This document shows positions 55,206-64,000 of a DNA stretch of 64,000 nucleotides, piece by piece. This stretch comes from a virus. Under the pieces are notes generated by a model, which saw nothing but the letters and a program-made list of their open reading frames with translations, was not told the DNA's origin and ran no database searches. The translations under genes were made by a program, and so were the position numbers. The stretch lies in IMG/VR virus record IMGVR_UViG_3300031999_001882, positions 1-64,000 of that record, one strand, 5' to 3'. Position 1 is the first letter of the stretch. The number at the start of each line of letters is the position of its first letter.

Positions 55206-55271
55206 CTATGGAAGTATGACTTCATCTGTGACCGCCGGATCAATAGCTCTCTTGGTGACGATAGTTCCCAT
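55206..55271 (-). CDS. 21-aa mini-ORF paralogous to the RBP N-terminal peptide
   Basis: MGTIVTKRAIDPAVTDEVILP* with its own AAGGAG SD. The next gene begins MGTIVPSRAIDP. Confidence 0.55.
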   Translation of the reverse strand: MGTIVTKRAIDPAVTDEVILP

Positions 55272-55280
55272 AAATTCTCC

Positions 55281-56816
55281 TTACAGCTCCGCAGATGCAG
55301 TAAAATGTCCGCCGCAGAAATTATCTGTCGTTCCAAGGGCATGATAGGCGATCACTCCCTCCGTCGATATCAGTCCTCCCGATGTCTGCGGATTAGTCAC
55401 TCTGCTTGTGGGGGCCGCTCCAACAACACTCCAATCAAACTTTCCGCTATTTCCAGCCGAATCATAAAAAACAACGGCTGGATTGGTTCTTTTTGATACC
55501 TTAAACGGGAACCAGCAGGAATAACATTGACCAGTTCCTCCCGTCGATGACCCAGAAACAACATTCACCGTCGTAGATGTACCGGGAGCTACCGATGGTA
55601 AATAGCTTTTCTCATAATACCGTTGGCATTGAGCCAACTCGGTCTGCGGGTCTTTGGGAACAAAGGCGACGGGTGAGGAACCGAGGACGAGCATTACGGA
55701 GTCAATGTAAAAAGTTGCAGGAACTTTGTTTCCTGTGTCTATAAACCCGATGTGAACGCTCAGGTCTGTTTCAGGATTCGCAAGCGTTACGCTGACCGCA
55801 AGAGTCTCAAAAGTGTTCCCGCCTGTGTGGAAGGAGGAATATGCGCCGATGCTCGTATTGTTCCCGATGGCAATTCTCACCGCCGAAGCCGTATCGCATT
55901 TTATCCGACAAGTAGCGGTGACGGTTTTGCCAGAGTAACTTAAAAAATCCTCAATATCCTGCTGAATGTTCCATCGGCCCCCGCTCGTCGTATTGACGAC
56001 CTTCATTGAATAATTGCCGCGATCCTTGTTCGCCGTTGCGCTCTCTTGAGTGACGAGAACACCCGTTATAACAGACGCTCTGACTTTCCAACGGTCTGCC
56101 ACATATTGAAGATTGGATGGATTGTTGAAACTTATTCCCCTCTGCCAGAACTCCATTCCCCCGTTGATGAGAATATTTTGAGCGAGATTCTGGTCCGACG
56201 TTCTCAAATCAGTAATGACCGAAAGATCGGGAACAAAAGTAACGGGCGATGATCCGATGACGAGCATTGCGCTATCAAAGTAATAAGTTCCGTTTTTCTT
56301 ATCATTAGTCGCCGCCATCCCGATATAAATATAAAGATCGGGAGTCGTGGCAGAAATTGTTTTCGTTAGCGTCAGCGTTTCCCACCCACCCCCACCCGTG
56401 TGGTAGCTTGAATAGGTGACACCCAAATTATCCTGAATGGCAACCCTCACCGCATTAGCCGTGCTGGTGAAAACCCGCGCCGATAGCGTGATTGTTTTTC
56501 CACGGTAAGCGTTGCTCAAAATATATTGCTGTAAAGTCCAATATTTTGAAGCTCCTGACCCTGTAAGTACAGCTTTTAATGAATATGCACCGCTATCAAC
56601 AATGGACGATTCTCTGGTAACTGTGACCGTAGCTATTTCATTCGTGGCGACTATCCAGTTATCAAGTAGGATTGGGGTAGTTTCAGTAACAGCCGTCGGT
56701 GGATTTGTAAAAGATGTCCCGTAATTCCAGCTCTCAAACCCTCCGTTTATCAGGATATTCTGATACGGAGAATTAGCCGGGTCCAGAAGATAACTTGGAA
56801 CGAATGTTTGAGCCAT
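55281..56816 (-). CDS. RBP, two CBM-like domains plus C-terminal domain
   Basis: Paralogue of 53680-55191. ELAQCQRYYEKSY. Confidence 0.8.
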   Translation of the reverse strand: MAQTFVPSYLLDPANSPYQNILINGGFESWNYGTSFTNPPTAVTETTPILLDNWIVATNEIATVTVTRESSIVDSGAYSLKAVLTGSGASKYWTLQQYILSNAYRGKTITLSARVFTSTANAVRVAIQDNLGVTYSSYHTGGGGWETLTLTKTISATTPDLYIYIGMAATNDKKNGTYYFDSAMLVIGSSPVTFVPDLSVITDLRTSDQNLAQNILINGGMEFWQRGISFNNPSNLQYVADRWKVRASVITGVLVTQESATANKDRGNYSMKVVNTTSGGRWNIQQDIEDFLSYSGKTVTATCRIKCDTASAVRIAIGNNTSIGAYSSFHTGGNTFETLAVSVTLANPETDLSVHIGFIDTGNKVPATFYIDSVMLVLGSSPVAFVPKDPQTELAQCQRYYEKSYLPSVAPGTSTTVNVVSGSSTGGTGQCYSCWFPFKVSKRTNPAVVFYDSAGNSGKFDWSVVGAAPTSRVTNPQTSGGLISTEGVIAYHALGTTDNFCGGHFTASAEL

Positions 56817-56828
56817 GTCAATTCACCC

Positions 56829-58307
56829 CTATATCGAAGCAGTCCAGTTAAATGCCACCTTCACCGGGCGCTGACCGCCAATGGTCTTTGACGCTTTCAG
56901 CGAAAACCCTCTGAAAAGATGATCGGTTATGCCTAAGACTAGCGTATAACTTGAGACGACGTTTGTCAGCCCCAATCCATCCTCATAGACCTGCGTGTTC
57001 GACAGAGCAATCACCGGATCGCTGGCCTTAATCGTGCTGAAATCCACTTCTCCGCCGATGTAATAGGTCGTGTCGTCGGACGATCCGTACATCGCTACAG
57101 CGCTGAATCCTTTTTCAAAGAAGCGGAGCGCTCTGTCCCAATCGCTCGCCGGGCTACTCGCGGCATAAGCGATGGGCGACAAGCTCTGCACGAACATTGC
57201 ATTGTCGATGTAGTGCGTGCCTGTGGCCGACATTTCCACGCTGATCGTGAGAGACGTGATCGTGCCCAGCGTGCGCGTAACGGTCAGCGTTTCATAGGAG
57301 CCTGTGCCGACGCTAACCGGAGACGAGCTGGTTCCGTTGCTGTCGGTGATCTTGGCGACCATTGCGCCCGCCACTCCGGGGCGGACCCGAACAGTCAGGG
57401 CCACGGTTGTTCCGCTCAGGTCTGCCGCGCCTTCGATGGCTTGGCCGAGCGACACCACGCCAGAGCTGATTGCAATGACGGCTTTGGCGGCGTACTGGCT
57501 GAAATCCACCAGCGTTCCTTCCCGCGAGATCGTAGCCGTGTTACTGTTCAGGGCCAGCGTCCACTTGTCGGCGGTATAGCCATTGGCGCTGAACGATACG
57601 TCCCGTTGCCAGATGCTAAAGCTCCCGTTAGTCAGGAGATTGGTGGCCGCACCTCCGCCCGTGGATGAGATCAGAATGAGGTTCGACACACCATCAACGC
57701 TCAGCGAAATGTTGGTTCCGCCCAGCAAGCTGACGTTATCAGTCAGCGTCAGTCCGCCATAAGCCGTGATGGTCTTAACCACTTGGCCGGAGGCAATCTT
57801 GTCTGAGGTGACAGCGTTGACGGCAAGCTTTGAGTTGGTGATGGCCGAATCCGAGACATCAGTCTGGACGATGGTTCCGGGGGCGATCTTATCCGAGGTC
57901 ACCGAATCCGGGGCCAGCTTTGCATTGGTCACGGCGAAATTCTCAAGCTGGGTGATACCAACAGCGCCTACGGCCAGCTTGGATTGAGTCACCGCCGTGT
58001 CGGAGATATTAGTCGAGGTGACGGCGTTTACGGCCAGCTTCGGATTTGTGACGGCAGAATTCGACAGTTCCAAGGTATCAATGGCGCTGGGAGCGATGTC
58101 AGTCTCGACCACCGTGCCGGGAGCAATCTTGTCTGAGGTGACGGAGTTCGCGCCTAACTTAGAATTGGTGACAGCCGCATCCCGAATTTTAGTCGCATCC
58201 ACCGATTGATTTTCAAGCTGAGTCAGCCCCACCGCGCCATTGGCAAGCAACGGCTGAGTGACATTCTGATTCGCAATTTCTTGGGTCTGAATAAATGTTC
58301 TGCTCAT
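56829..58307 (-). CDS. tail fibre with repeat shaft and CBM-like domain
   Basis: AVT..KL...(A/S)V repeats, NLLTNGSFSIWQR. Confidence 0.8.
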   Translation of the reverse strand: MSRTFIQTQEIANQNVTQPLLANGAVGLTQLENQSVDATKIRDAAVTNSKLGANSVTSDKIAPGTVVETDIAPSAIDTLELSNSAVTNPKLAVNAVTSTNISDTAVTQSKLAVGAVGITQLENFAVTNAKLAPDSVTSDKIAPGTIVQTDVSDSAITNSKLAVNAVTSDKIASGQVVKTITAYGGLTLTDNVSLLGGTNISLSVDGVSNLILISSTGGGAATNLLTNGSFSIWQRDVSFSANGYTADKWTLALNSNTATISREGTLVDFSQYAAKAVIAISSGVVSLGQAIEGAADLSGTTVALTVRVRPGVAGAMVAKITDSNGTSSSPVSVGTGSYETLTVTRTLGTITSLTISVEMSATGTHYIDNAMFVQSLSPIAYAASSPASDWDRALRFFEKGFSAVAMYGSSDDTTYYIGGEVDFSTIKASDPVIALSNTQVYEDGLGLTNVVSSYTLVLGITDHLFRGFSLKASKTIGGQRPVKVAFNWTASI

Positions 58308-58322
58308 CGTTGGCTCCTCAGT

Positions 58323-61300
58323 TTACACCGCAAAAATGCCGCTTGCCATAATTTGACTCGTACTGGCTGGGACAAAGGTAAACTTAATTTTGAGTTGGTT
58401 CGCCAGATACGTCGCTGTGTAATCGTTTAATGCTCCCGATGTCCTCAGAACGCCATTGATGAACACCGATTCTTCTCCGCTTGTCGGCGTGCTCGAAGTG
58501 CTGAATGCAAAAGTGTCCGTGATCCCATCCGGTGCGCTGACCGGAGAGACATTCACGAAATGAGCGTGGCTGGCCGCTCGAACTTCGGTCGCCAACTGCG
58601 TCAGGCCCACCGCTCCAACAGCAATCTTGGGCTGGGTGACGTTCAAATCCCTGATCTTGGCCGTGATAACCGATTGATCCTCAAACTGAGTCAGCCCTAC
58701 CGCTCCGGCGGCGATTTTGGGCATGGTGACGTTCAGATCACGGATTTTTGCCGATGTCACCGATTGGTCCTCGATCTGGGTCAAACCGACCGCGCCATTG
58801 GCGATCTTGGCCTGAATGACCGACAAATCACGCAAAAGGGCGCTGGTAATGGCCTGATTCTGGATTTCGGTCGTACCCACCGCGCCAGAGGCTATCTGAG
58901 CCTCGGTAACGGCCTGATTTGCGATCTTTCCGGTGGTTACGGCCTGATTCTCCAACTGCGTGATTCCGACCGCTCCTACCGCAATTTTGGCGTTTGTGAC
59001 CGCCAAATCAGCGATCTTGGCCGATGTCACCGCTTGATTCTCAAGCTGAGTGATGCCGACGGCTCCGGTCGCAAGCTTGATCTGAGTCACGTCGCCGTCG
59101 CGCAGGGCGGCGGTCGTGACAGACTGGTTCTCAAGCTGGGTCACCCCCACGGCTCCGACGGCAATCTTGGGATTTGTCACGGCAGAATCGGTTATGTTGG
59201 TCGAAGTGACGGCGTTTACGGCCAGTTTCGGGTTTGTCACCGCCGAATTGGACAGTTCCAGCGTGTCCACGGCGCTGGGGGCGATGTCCACGGCAATGAC
59301 CGTTCCATCGGCGATCTTGTCTGAGGTGACCGAGTTCGGAGCGAGCTTTGAATTGGTCACAGCCAGATCACGAATCAGATTCGAGATAATGGCTTGAAGC
59401 TCAATCTGCGTCACGCCAATGGCTTGATTGGCGATCTTGGCCTGAGTCACGGCCAGATTGGTGATGTCCGTGGTTCCGACTACCCCGGTAGAAGCGGTAG
59501 TGACCCTTCCAAGACTGTCCACGGTGATGTCGGACAGGCGATATGAACCGGGAATAACCGAAGTCCCTGCCTCAAGGGTCGTCAGTCCATTAAGCTCAGA
59601 AGCCGTCAGGTGGTAATACTGCTCGAATGTCCCGCCTTGAAGTCCGGCCAAATCATTATGTCGCGTGATGAGCGGCGTATGAAAGTGAGAATAATTCGTC
59701 AGCCCATCATGCGTCATGCTGATTGTGATGCTGGAACCCGATGTTGTCCGGCCATAATATCGGACAGATAATCTATCGGCAGAATTCCATCCGGTATAAG
59801 CGGGCTGGGTGGTCAGGACATTTTCAAGAGTAACGGAAGTATCGTTGATGTCCTGCGTCAAAGTGTTGAACAAATGCCGATGAATGCCGTAAGCCACGCC
59901 GGACTCATTGAGATATCCGCCGGGAGTCGCCACGGTGACGACTGACGGCGACGTGAACCCTGTGATCTGAAATGTCTGCGTGGGAGTTTCGACGTATCCC
60001 GATAACGCCATATCAGCATTGGCATTGCCCGCCACAAACGGCGTAGCGCCAGTTATCGTCGCCGTTCGACTTGTCCCTGACCCAGAAATAGCGACTGTTC
60101 CCACGCCATCAGACTTTCTCAAAACCTGAATGACAATCGTAGATGTTCCGCCTATGCCGCTAACAAACCGATAAACGTCAAACTCCCAGAGTCCGGCATC
60201 AAGCTGAACTCTCCCCAAAGCGGCAGAGAGATACCCTTCAATCAGCGCCGTAGAAGCGCTGACAACAGCGCTATCCGTCTGCTCCGCTCCGGCATTAGGG
60301 ATCGGAGAAATGGTGAAGTTCCCATCCGTAGAAGGCACGTCATTGAGAAAGAACACAATACCGGAACCAGCCGATGTGTTAACCGGATTTCCGTTAATCC
60401 ACGCCGCTCCGTTATAGGAAAGGACTTGGTTGAGGGCAGGATTGGCAAGCGAAACATCGCTCAACTGAGACAGATTCAAGTTGAGGACATCCACCTTGAT
60501 CGCATTGGAGATGCCTTGTTCCGTGATAGAAATGGCTGGACCGCCAACGAAGTTGACGTTATCGGTCAGCGTCAACCCGCCATAAGCGGCTACTGTCTTA
60601 ACGACTTGGCCCGAAGCGATCTTATCCGCCGTCACAGCGCTGGCGACCAACTTGGAATTGGTCACGGCAGAATCCGTGATGTTGGTTGTGGCGACTGCAT
60701 TGACGGCCAGCTTGGGATTTGTAACGGCGGAGTTCGACAACTCTAAGGTATCGACAGCGCTGGGAGCGATGTCTGCCGCGATCACCGTTCCATCAGCGAT
60801 ATTGGCTGAGGTGACCGCCCCAACACCGATCTTGCTGTTGATGATCGAGCCATCCTGAATCAGAGCGGAGGTAATCGACTGGTTCTCAATCTGAGTCGTG
60901 CCAACGGCGGCATTGGCGATCTTGGCTTGGGTCACCGCCAGATCGCGGAGCTTGACCGTGATGATCGACTGATCTTCGATCTGCGTCAGCCCTACAGCGC
61001 CGGACGCGATCTTGGGCATGGTCACGGCGAGATCGCTGAGCTTCGCCGTGATGACAGACTGATCTTCGAGCTGAGTCAAGCCAACTGCGCCACTAGCAAT
61101 TAAAGACTGCGTGATGGCCGAGGTCTGAATGTTTCCGGTAGCCACCGAGTTCAGTTGCAGATTACCGTTGGCGACTGACAGCGCCGCGAGCTTGATGTTA
61201 GTGACGGACCCATCCGCTAGGGCGTTGGTTGTGACAGCCTGATTCTCAATCTGACTGATCCCTACCGATCCGACAGACAGATGGAGCTGAGTGATAGCAT

Positions 61301-62207
61301 TGATCTGAATGGCGAGGCCCGGAATCGAACGCGGTCCAAGGACAGGCGTAATCGTGGTCAGACCATTCACGATGTCATAAATCTGCGACTCAAGTGGACG
61401 GACCAATATCGCGTTGCCGACATTGTTTAGAATCGGATTAGTGTAAATATCCTTGGCGAGCTGATTGATATTCAATACTTCGGTGACATCAACCGTTCCA
61501 GTAAAGAACTTGTCATCGGCGGCAAACGATTCATCAACGGTGTTCATGTTATAGCGTTGGAGATACTGCCAGTCCATCATCGTCAATCCGTCAGGGAGCG
61601 GAGTGATGGTCTGAGTCATTCCAACTGCTTGGGTATAAAAAGTCACGAACCATTGCGTTATGCCCGGATAATCAAACGTGATCCGTCCAAAAACTTCAAG
61701 AGAGTTTGTGACTTCTGGAAGTCCTGAATAAGAATTTCGGATTGCGACTGCGTTCTTTGGCTCATCCGATAGAATGCCCTCATTGGTTCCATAGGAGCTG
61801 ACGGGAGGAGTTGTCAGACCAACAATCGAAGTGACCTCAACAAAGGTCAGGCCCGGAGCCACCGCATAGGCGTTGTTCTGAACGTAGGCGGTGATCTTCT
61901 TATATTGGAGGACGGCTTGCTTGGCTGTAGTGTCAAGCTTAGGCCCGGTCACAGCGCTATCAGCAATCTGGTATTGCCCGACGGAGTTTGTGCCAAGCTT
62001 CGCCATCGTGATCGAGCTGTCCTCAATCTGCGTGGTTCCTACGGCTTCATTAGCGATCTTGAGCTGAGAGACAGACAAGCTACCAAGCTTGGGATTGGTA
62101 ACGGCAGAATCCGTCAACGCATTTGTAGTGACGGAATCCGTCGCCATCTTCGGGGCCGTTACCAGTCCGTCTTTGATGTCATCCGTCTGAATATATGTTC
62201 TTGCCAC
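58323..62207 (-). CDS. long tail fibre protein with 10-residue repeat shafts
   Basis: Dozens of (A/S)VT..KI/AVG.TQ(L/I)E repeats, HNDLAGLQGG..YYHLT, C-terminal Ig-like unit. Confidence 0.85.
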   Translation of the reverse strand: MARTYIQTDDIKDGLVTAPKMATDSVTTNALTDSAVTNPKLGSLSVSQLKIANEAVGTTQIEDSSITMAKLGTNSVGQYQIADSAVTGPKLDTTAKQAVLQYKKITAYVQNNAYAVAPGLTFVEVTSIVGLTTPPVSSYGTNEGILSDEPKNAVAIRNSYSGLPEVTNSLEVFGRITFDYPGITQWFVTFYTQAVGMTQTITPLPDGLTMMDWQYLQRYNMNTVDESFAADDKFFTGTVDVTEVLNINQLAKDIYTNPILNNVGNAILVRPLESQIYDIVNGLTTITPVLGPRSIPGLAIQINAITQLHLSVGSVGISQIENQAVTTNALADGSVTNIKLAALSVANGNLQLNSVATGNIQTSAITQSLIASGAVGLTQLEDQSVITAKLSDLAVTMPKIASGAVGLTQIEDQSIITVKLRDLAVTQAKIANAAVGTTQIENQSITSALIQDGSIINSKIGVGAVTSANIADGTVIAADIAPSAVDTLELSNSAVTNPKLAVNAVATTNITDSAVTNSKLVASAVTADKIASGQVVKTVAAYGGLTLTDNVNFVGGPAISITEQGISNAIKVDVLNLNLSQLSDVSLANPALNQVLSYNGAAWINGNPVNTSAGSGIVFFLNDVPSTDGNFTISPIPNAGAEQTDSAVVSASTALIEGYLSAALGRVQLDAGLWEFDVYRFVSGIGGTSTIVIQVLRKSDGVGTVAISGSGTSRTATITGATPFVAGNANADMALSGYVETPTQTFQITGFTSPSVVTVATPGGYLNESGVAYGIHRHLFNTLTQDINDTSVTLENVLTTQPAYTGWNSADRLSVRYYGRTTSGSSITISMTHDGLTNYSHFHTPLITRHNDLAGLQGGTFEQYYHLTASELNGLTTLEAGTSVIPGSYRLSDITVDSLGRVTTASTGVVGTTDITNLAVTQAKIANQAIGVTQIELQAIISNLIRDLAVTNSKLAPNSVTSDKIADGTVIAVDIAPSAVDTLELSNSAVTNPKLAVNAVTSTNITDSAVTNPKIAVGAVGVTQLENQSVTTAALRDGDVTQIKLATGAVGITQLENQAVTSAKIADLAVTNAKIAVGAVGITQLENQAVTTGKIANQAVTEAQIASGAVGTTEIQNQAITSALLRDLSVIQAKIANGAVGLTQIEDQSVTSAKIRDLNVTMPKIAAGAVGLTQFEDQSVITAKIRDLNVTQPKIAVGAVGLTQLATEVRAASHAHFVNVSPVSAPDGITDTFAFSTSSTPTSGEESVFINGVLRTSGALNDYTATYLANQLKIKFTFVPASTSQIMASGIFAV

Positions 62208-62219
62208 GGTAGTCTCCCC

Positions 62220-62987
62220 TTAGATCGGATTGTAATTCAGTAAAATTTTACTCGTTGAAGCCGGAGCAAACGTAAAGCTAATTCCATTCAACCCGAACAA
62301 TGTGTAATCCTCGGCTACGCCTGAATTTCGCATAACTCCGTCAATAAACACTTCTTCTGATCCAAACACAAAATTGTCCGGCGCAGTAAACTGATTATTA
62401 AAGCCATCAATGAAGCCAATGGCGAATTGTCGATATTTCCGATTGATCGACCCGCCCGTGACATCAAAAATGAATTTGTTGTTCGGCGAGTCCTGCGTAA
62501 TGGTGATGTTGCTCCCTGCCGCCAGCACCAAATCGCCCTGCAATCCAATGATCGCTCCGACCACAGCCAGCGTGTTGACACCTGACGAAACCGCTCCGCC
62601 GGGACCACCCAAAAACGAGCGCGTATCCACCACCGAGATGACGTTGGCTGGACCTGTGAAAACACGCGCCAACGGCACAGACAAAGCCGGAAACCCGGAG
62701 ATGTTCGAGGTGACCACGCCGATGTTAGAAACAAGCACAAAGTTCGTTGAATTCGCCACCATCGGAATCGTCGTCTGTCCAAGAAACGGAAAGACGTTTC
62801 CGCCGATCTGCACTTGGCCGGGATTAACGGTGACATTCAGCCCACCAGAAGCCTGAACCTGTAAAGCGACGTTGACCGATGCCAGTTGATCCGCAATGTC
62901 GAAGTTTCGGCGCAAAGGAGCGTCCCAATTTTGATCTCCGTGTGCTGGTTCTTCGTATCCAGCGTTAGGTGTATAAGTGCTCGCCAT
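62220..62987 (-). CDS. tail/baseplate-associated fibre anchor protein
   Basis: YTPN.G...PA.GD..W N-terminus. Same C-terminal Ig-like unit (SEEVFIDGVMR) as the neighbouring gene. Confidence 0.65.
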   Translation of the reverse strand: MASTYTPNAGYEEPAHGDQNWDAPLRRNFDIADQLASVNVALQVQASGGLNVTVNPGQVQIGGNVFPFLGQTTIPMVANSTNFVLVSNIGVVTSNISGFPALSVPLARVFTGPANVISVVDTRSFLGGPGGAVSSGVNTLAVVGAIIGLQGDLVLAAGSNITITQDSPNNKFIFDVTGGSINRKYRQFAIGFIDGFNNQFTAPDNFVFGSEEVFIDGVMRNSGVAEDYTLFGLNGISFTFAPASTSKILLNYNPI

Positions 62988-62993
62988 GTTTGG

Positions 62994-63695
62994 TTACCCC
63001 AATATCCTCGAAAGTTTGCTTTCGTCAGCAAGGTCGTGTTGCCAGATGATTTTGCAATCAAAGCCGAACTTCTTGTAATGATTTTTTAGCTTCATTGAAT
63101 CATCGGCTCTGAACACTTTTTTGCAATGCTTTTTGCATCCATGCCAATAGCATCCAAGCAACTCAATTACTTCTTTTTTCCCGTTGATATTTATAAAATC
63201 TGGATTCTTTTTCGCAATCCAAACTTGCCCATCGCCAACATATTTATACGGCAAAGATTTTGACCTCAAAAATACCGCAAGAGCATTCTCTGATCCATTT
63301 GGCTTATTTTCGGAAAATAGCCTCTTAAACCACGCCTTTTTTTCTCTCAGACTTAACGAAGAATGAAATCTTTTTGATGCTTCGCCTATTTTTTCTCTTG
63401 TTGATCGACTAGGGCCATTTTTATTCCGAGCGATCAGCCCTTCTCGCAACCACGGCATTTTTTTGTGCATCTCAAAATTTCGCATCGAAATCGCTCGTCT
63501 TTCTTCCGGCGAAACCGTTGGCCTCCACCATCTGCCATGCTTCTTATAATACGCCTTTGAGCTTTTTGACATTTTTAGCCGCGTGACCTCAGAATGATGA
63601 CTGCCAACACGATGATGCTGTTTCAACGAACCAAGCCATTCTTTTATCGCTTGGCTCATTTTTGCACGATGCTCCGGCGTTCTAATGTAGCTCAT
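62994..63695 (-). CDS. homing endonuclease with NUMOD3-like repeats and a Vsr/DUF559-like PD-(D/E)xK domain
   Basis: HSE.TR.KMS repeats, NPDF.....VIEL.G.YWH. AT-rich. ATGA-coupled start at 63695. Confidence 0.8.
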   Translation of the reverse strand: MSYIRTPEHRAKMSQAIKEWLGSLKQHHRVGSHHSEVTRLKMSKSSKAYYKKHGRWWRPTVSPEERRAISMRNFEMHKKMPWLREGLIARNKNGPSRSTREKIGEASKRFHSSLSLREKKAWFKRLFSENKPNGSENALAVFLRSKSLPYKYVGDGQVWIAKKNPDFININGKKEVIELLGCYWHGCKKHCKKVFRADDSMKLKNHYKKFGFDCKIIWQHDLADESKLSRILG

Positions 63696-64000
63696 GCCAT
63701 GATTACAATGGTTCCTACGGTATCTTTGACCGTTTTCACTTGTCCATCGGATATATTCAACCATCGCCGACCGGGGAACAGCTCGATTGCCAATGGATCG
63801 CTGTGCCGAACCTCGGTATTATTTTCCCCAGCCAGAGGCCGCAAATCCTTGGCTGACCTTGAAGCTGAATTATCTGGATTGCGAATGTTCCCGCCGCCAC
63901 CTGCCGGGTCAAACGGCAACCAACTGACTGCGAACAAGGGCAGGAAATGATTGCTGTTAATGATGTTCACATAATCGGTGGTAATAGAAACATTGCCGCC
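63692..64000 (-). CDS. C-terminal part of a gene extending beyond the window (probably virion structural)
   Basis: Frame stays open to the window edge (GGNVSITTDYVNIINSNH...). Confidence 0.6.
   Translation of the reverse strand, partial: GGNVSITTDYVNIINSNHFLPLFAVSWLPFDPAGGGGNIRNPDNSASRSAKDLRPLAGENNTEVRHSDPLAIELFPGRRWLNISDGQVKTVKDTVGTIVIMA

Noticed and set aside
53680-56816. Diversity-generating retroelement (TR/VR pair) in the RBP repeats
   Set aside because: Mismatches between the repeated blocks are not adenine-specific, both copies lie inside coding genes, and there is no reverse transcriptase in the window.

Overview
This 64-kb window is part of a large dsDNA tailed-phage (Caudoviricetes) genome in the standard code, densely coding and almost entirely on the minus strand. 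Reading right to left in transcription order: (1) a ~17-kb tail-fibre/receptor-binding protein (RBP) array (46.5-63 kb). (2) A lysis region with a GH73-type endolysin, a holin and an unusual alpha-helical hydrolase-like gene. (3) A short plus-strand block (SNF2 helicase, HNH, DnaC-like ATPase) diverging from duplicated sigma70-like promoters. (4) An early/accessory region of small genes, including an ADP-ribosyltransferase-like gene, DUF932 and a zincin. (5) A recombination module (RecA, XRE regulator, SSB-like, UvsY-like). (6) A ~750-bp non-coding stretch rich in repeats and hairpins. (7) Many small accessory genes (tRNA-fMet-like, HAD phosphatase, GT2, degenerate Dam, Acb2/Tad1-like, DHH). 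(8) A replication module (DnaE, N-terminal half of SbcC, SbcD). About nine free-standing endonuclease genes are scattered through the window. I found no CRISPR array, integrase, reverse transcriptase, capsid or terminase gene. The most notable unexplained signals are a set of strongly structured intergenic RNA-like elements (an expanded tRNA-like RNA, an H-type pseudoknot locked under an anti-SD helix, two multibranch elements), a 14-bp-period repeat array, RBP paralogues joined by near-identical DNA blocks plus a 21-aa mini-gene resembling their N-termini, and several micro-ORFs missed by the ORF track. All protein calls come from motif recognition by eye; no database searches or folding programs were run.
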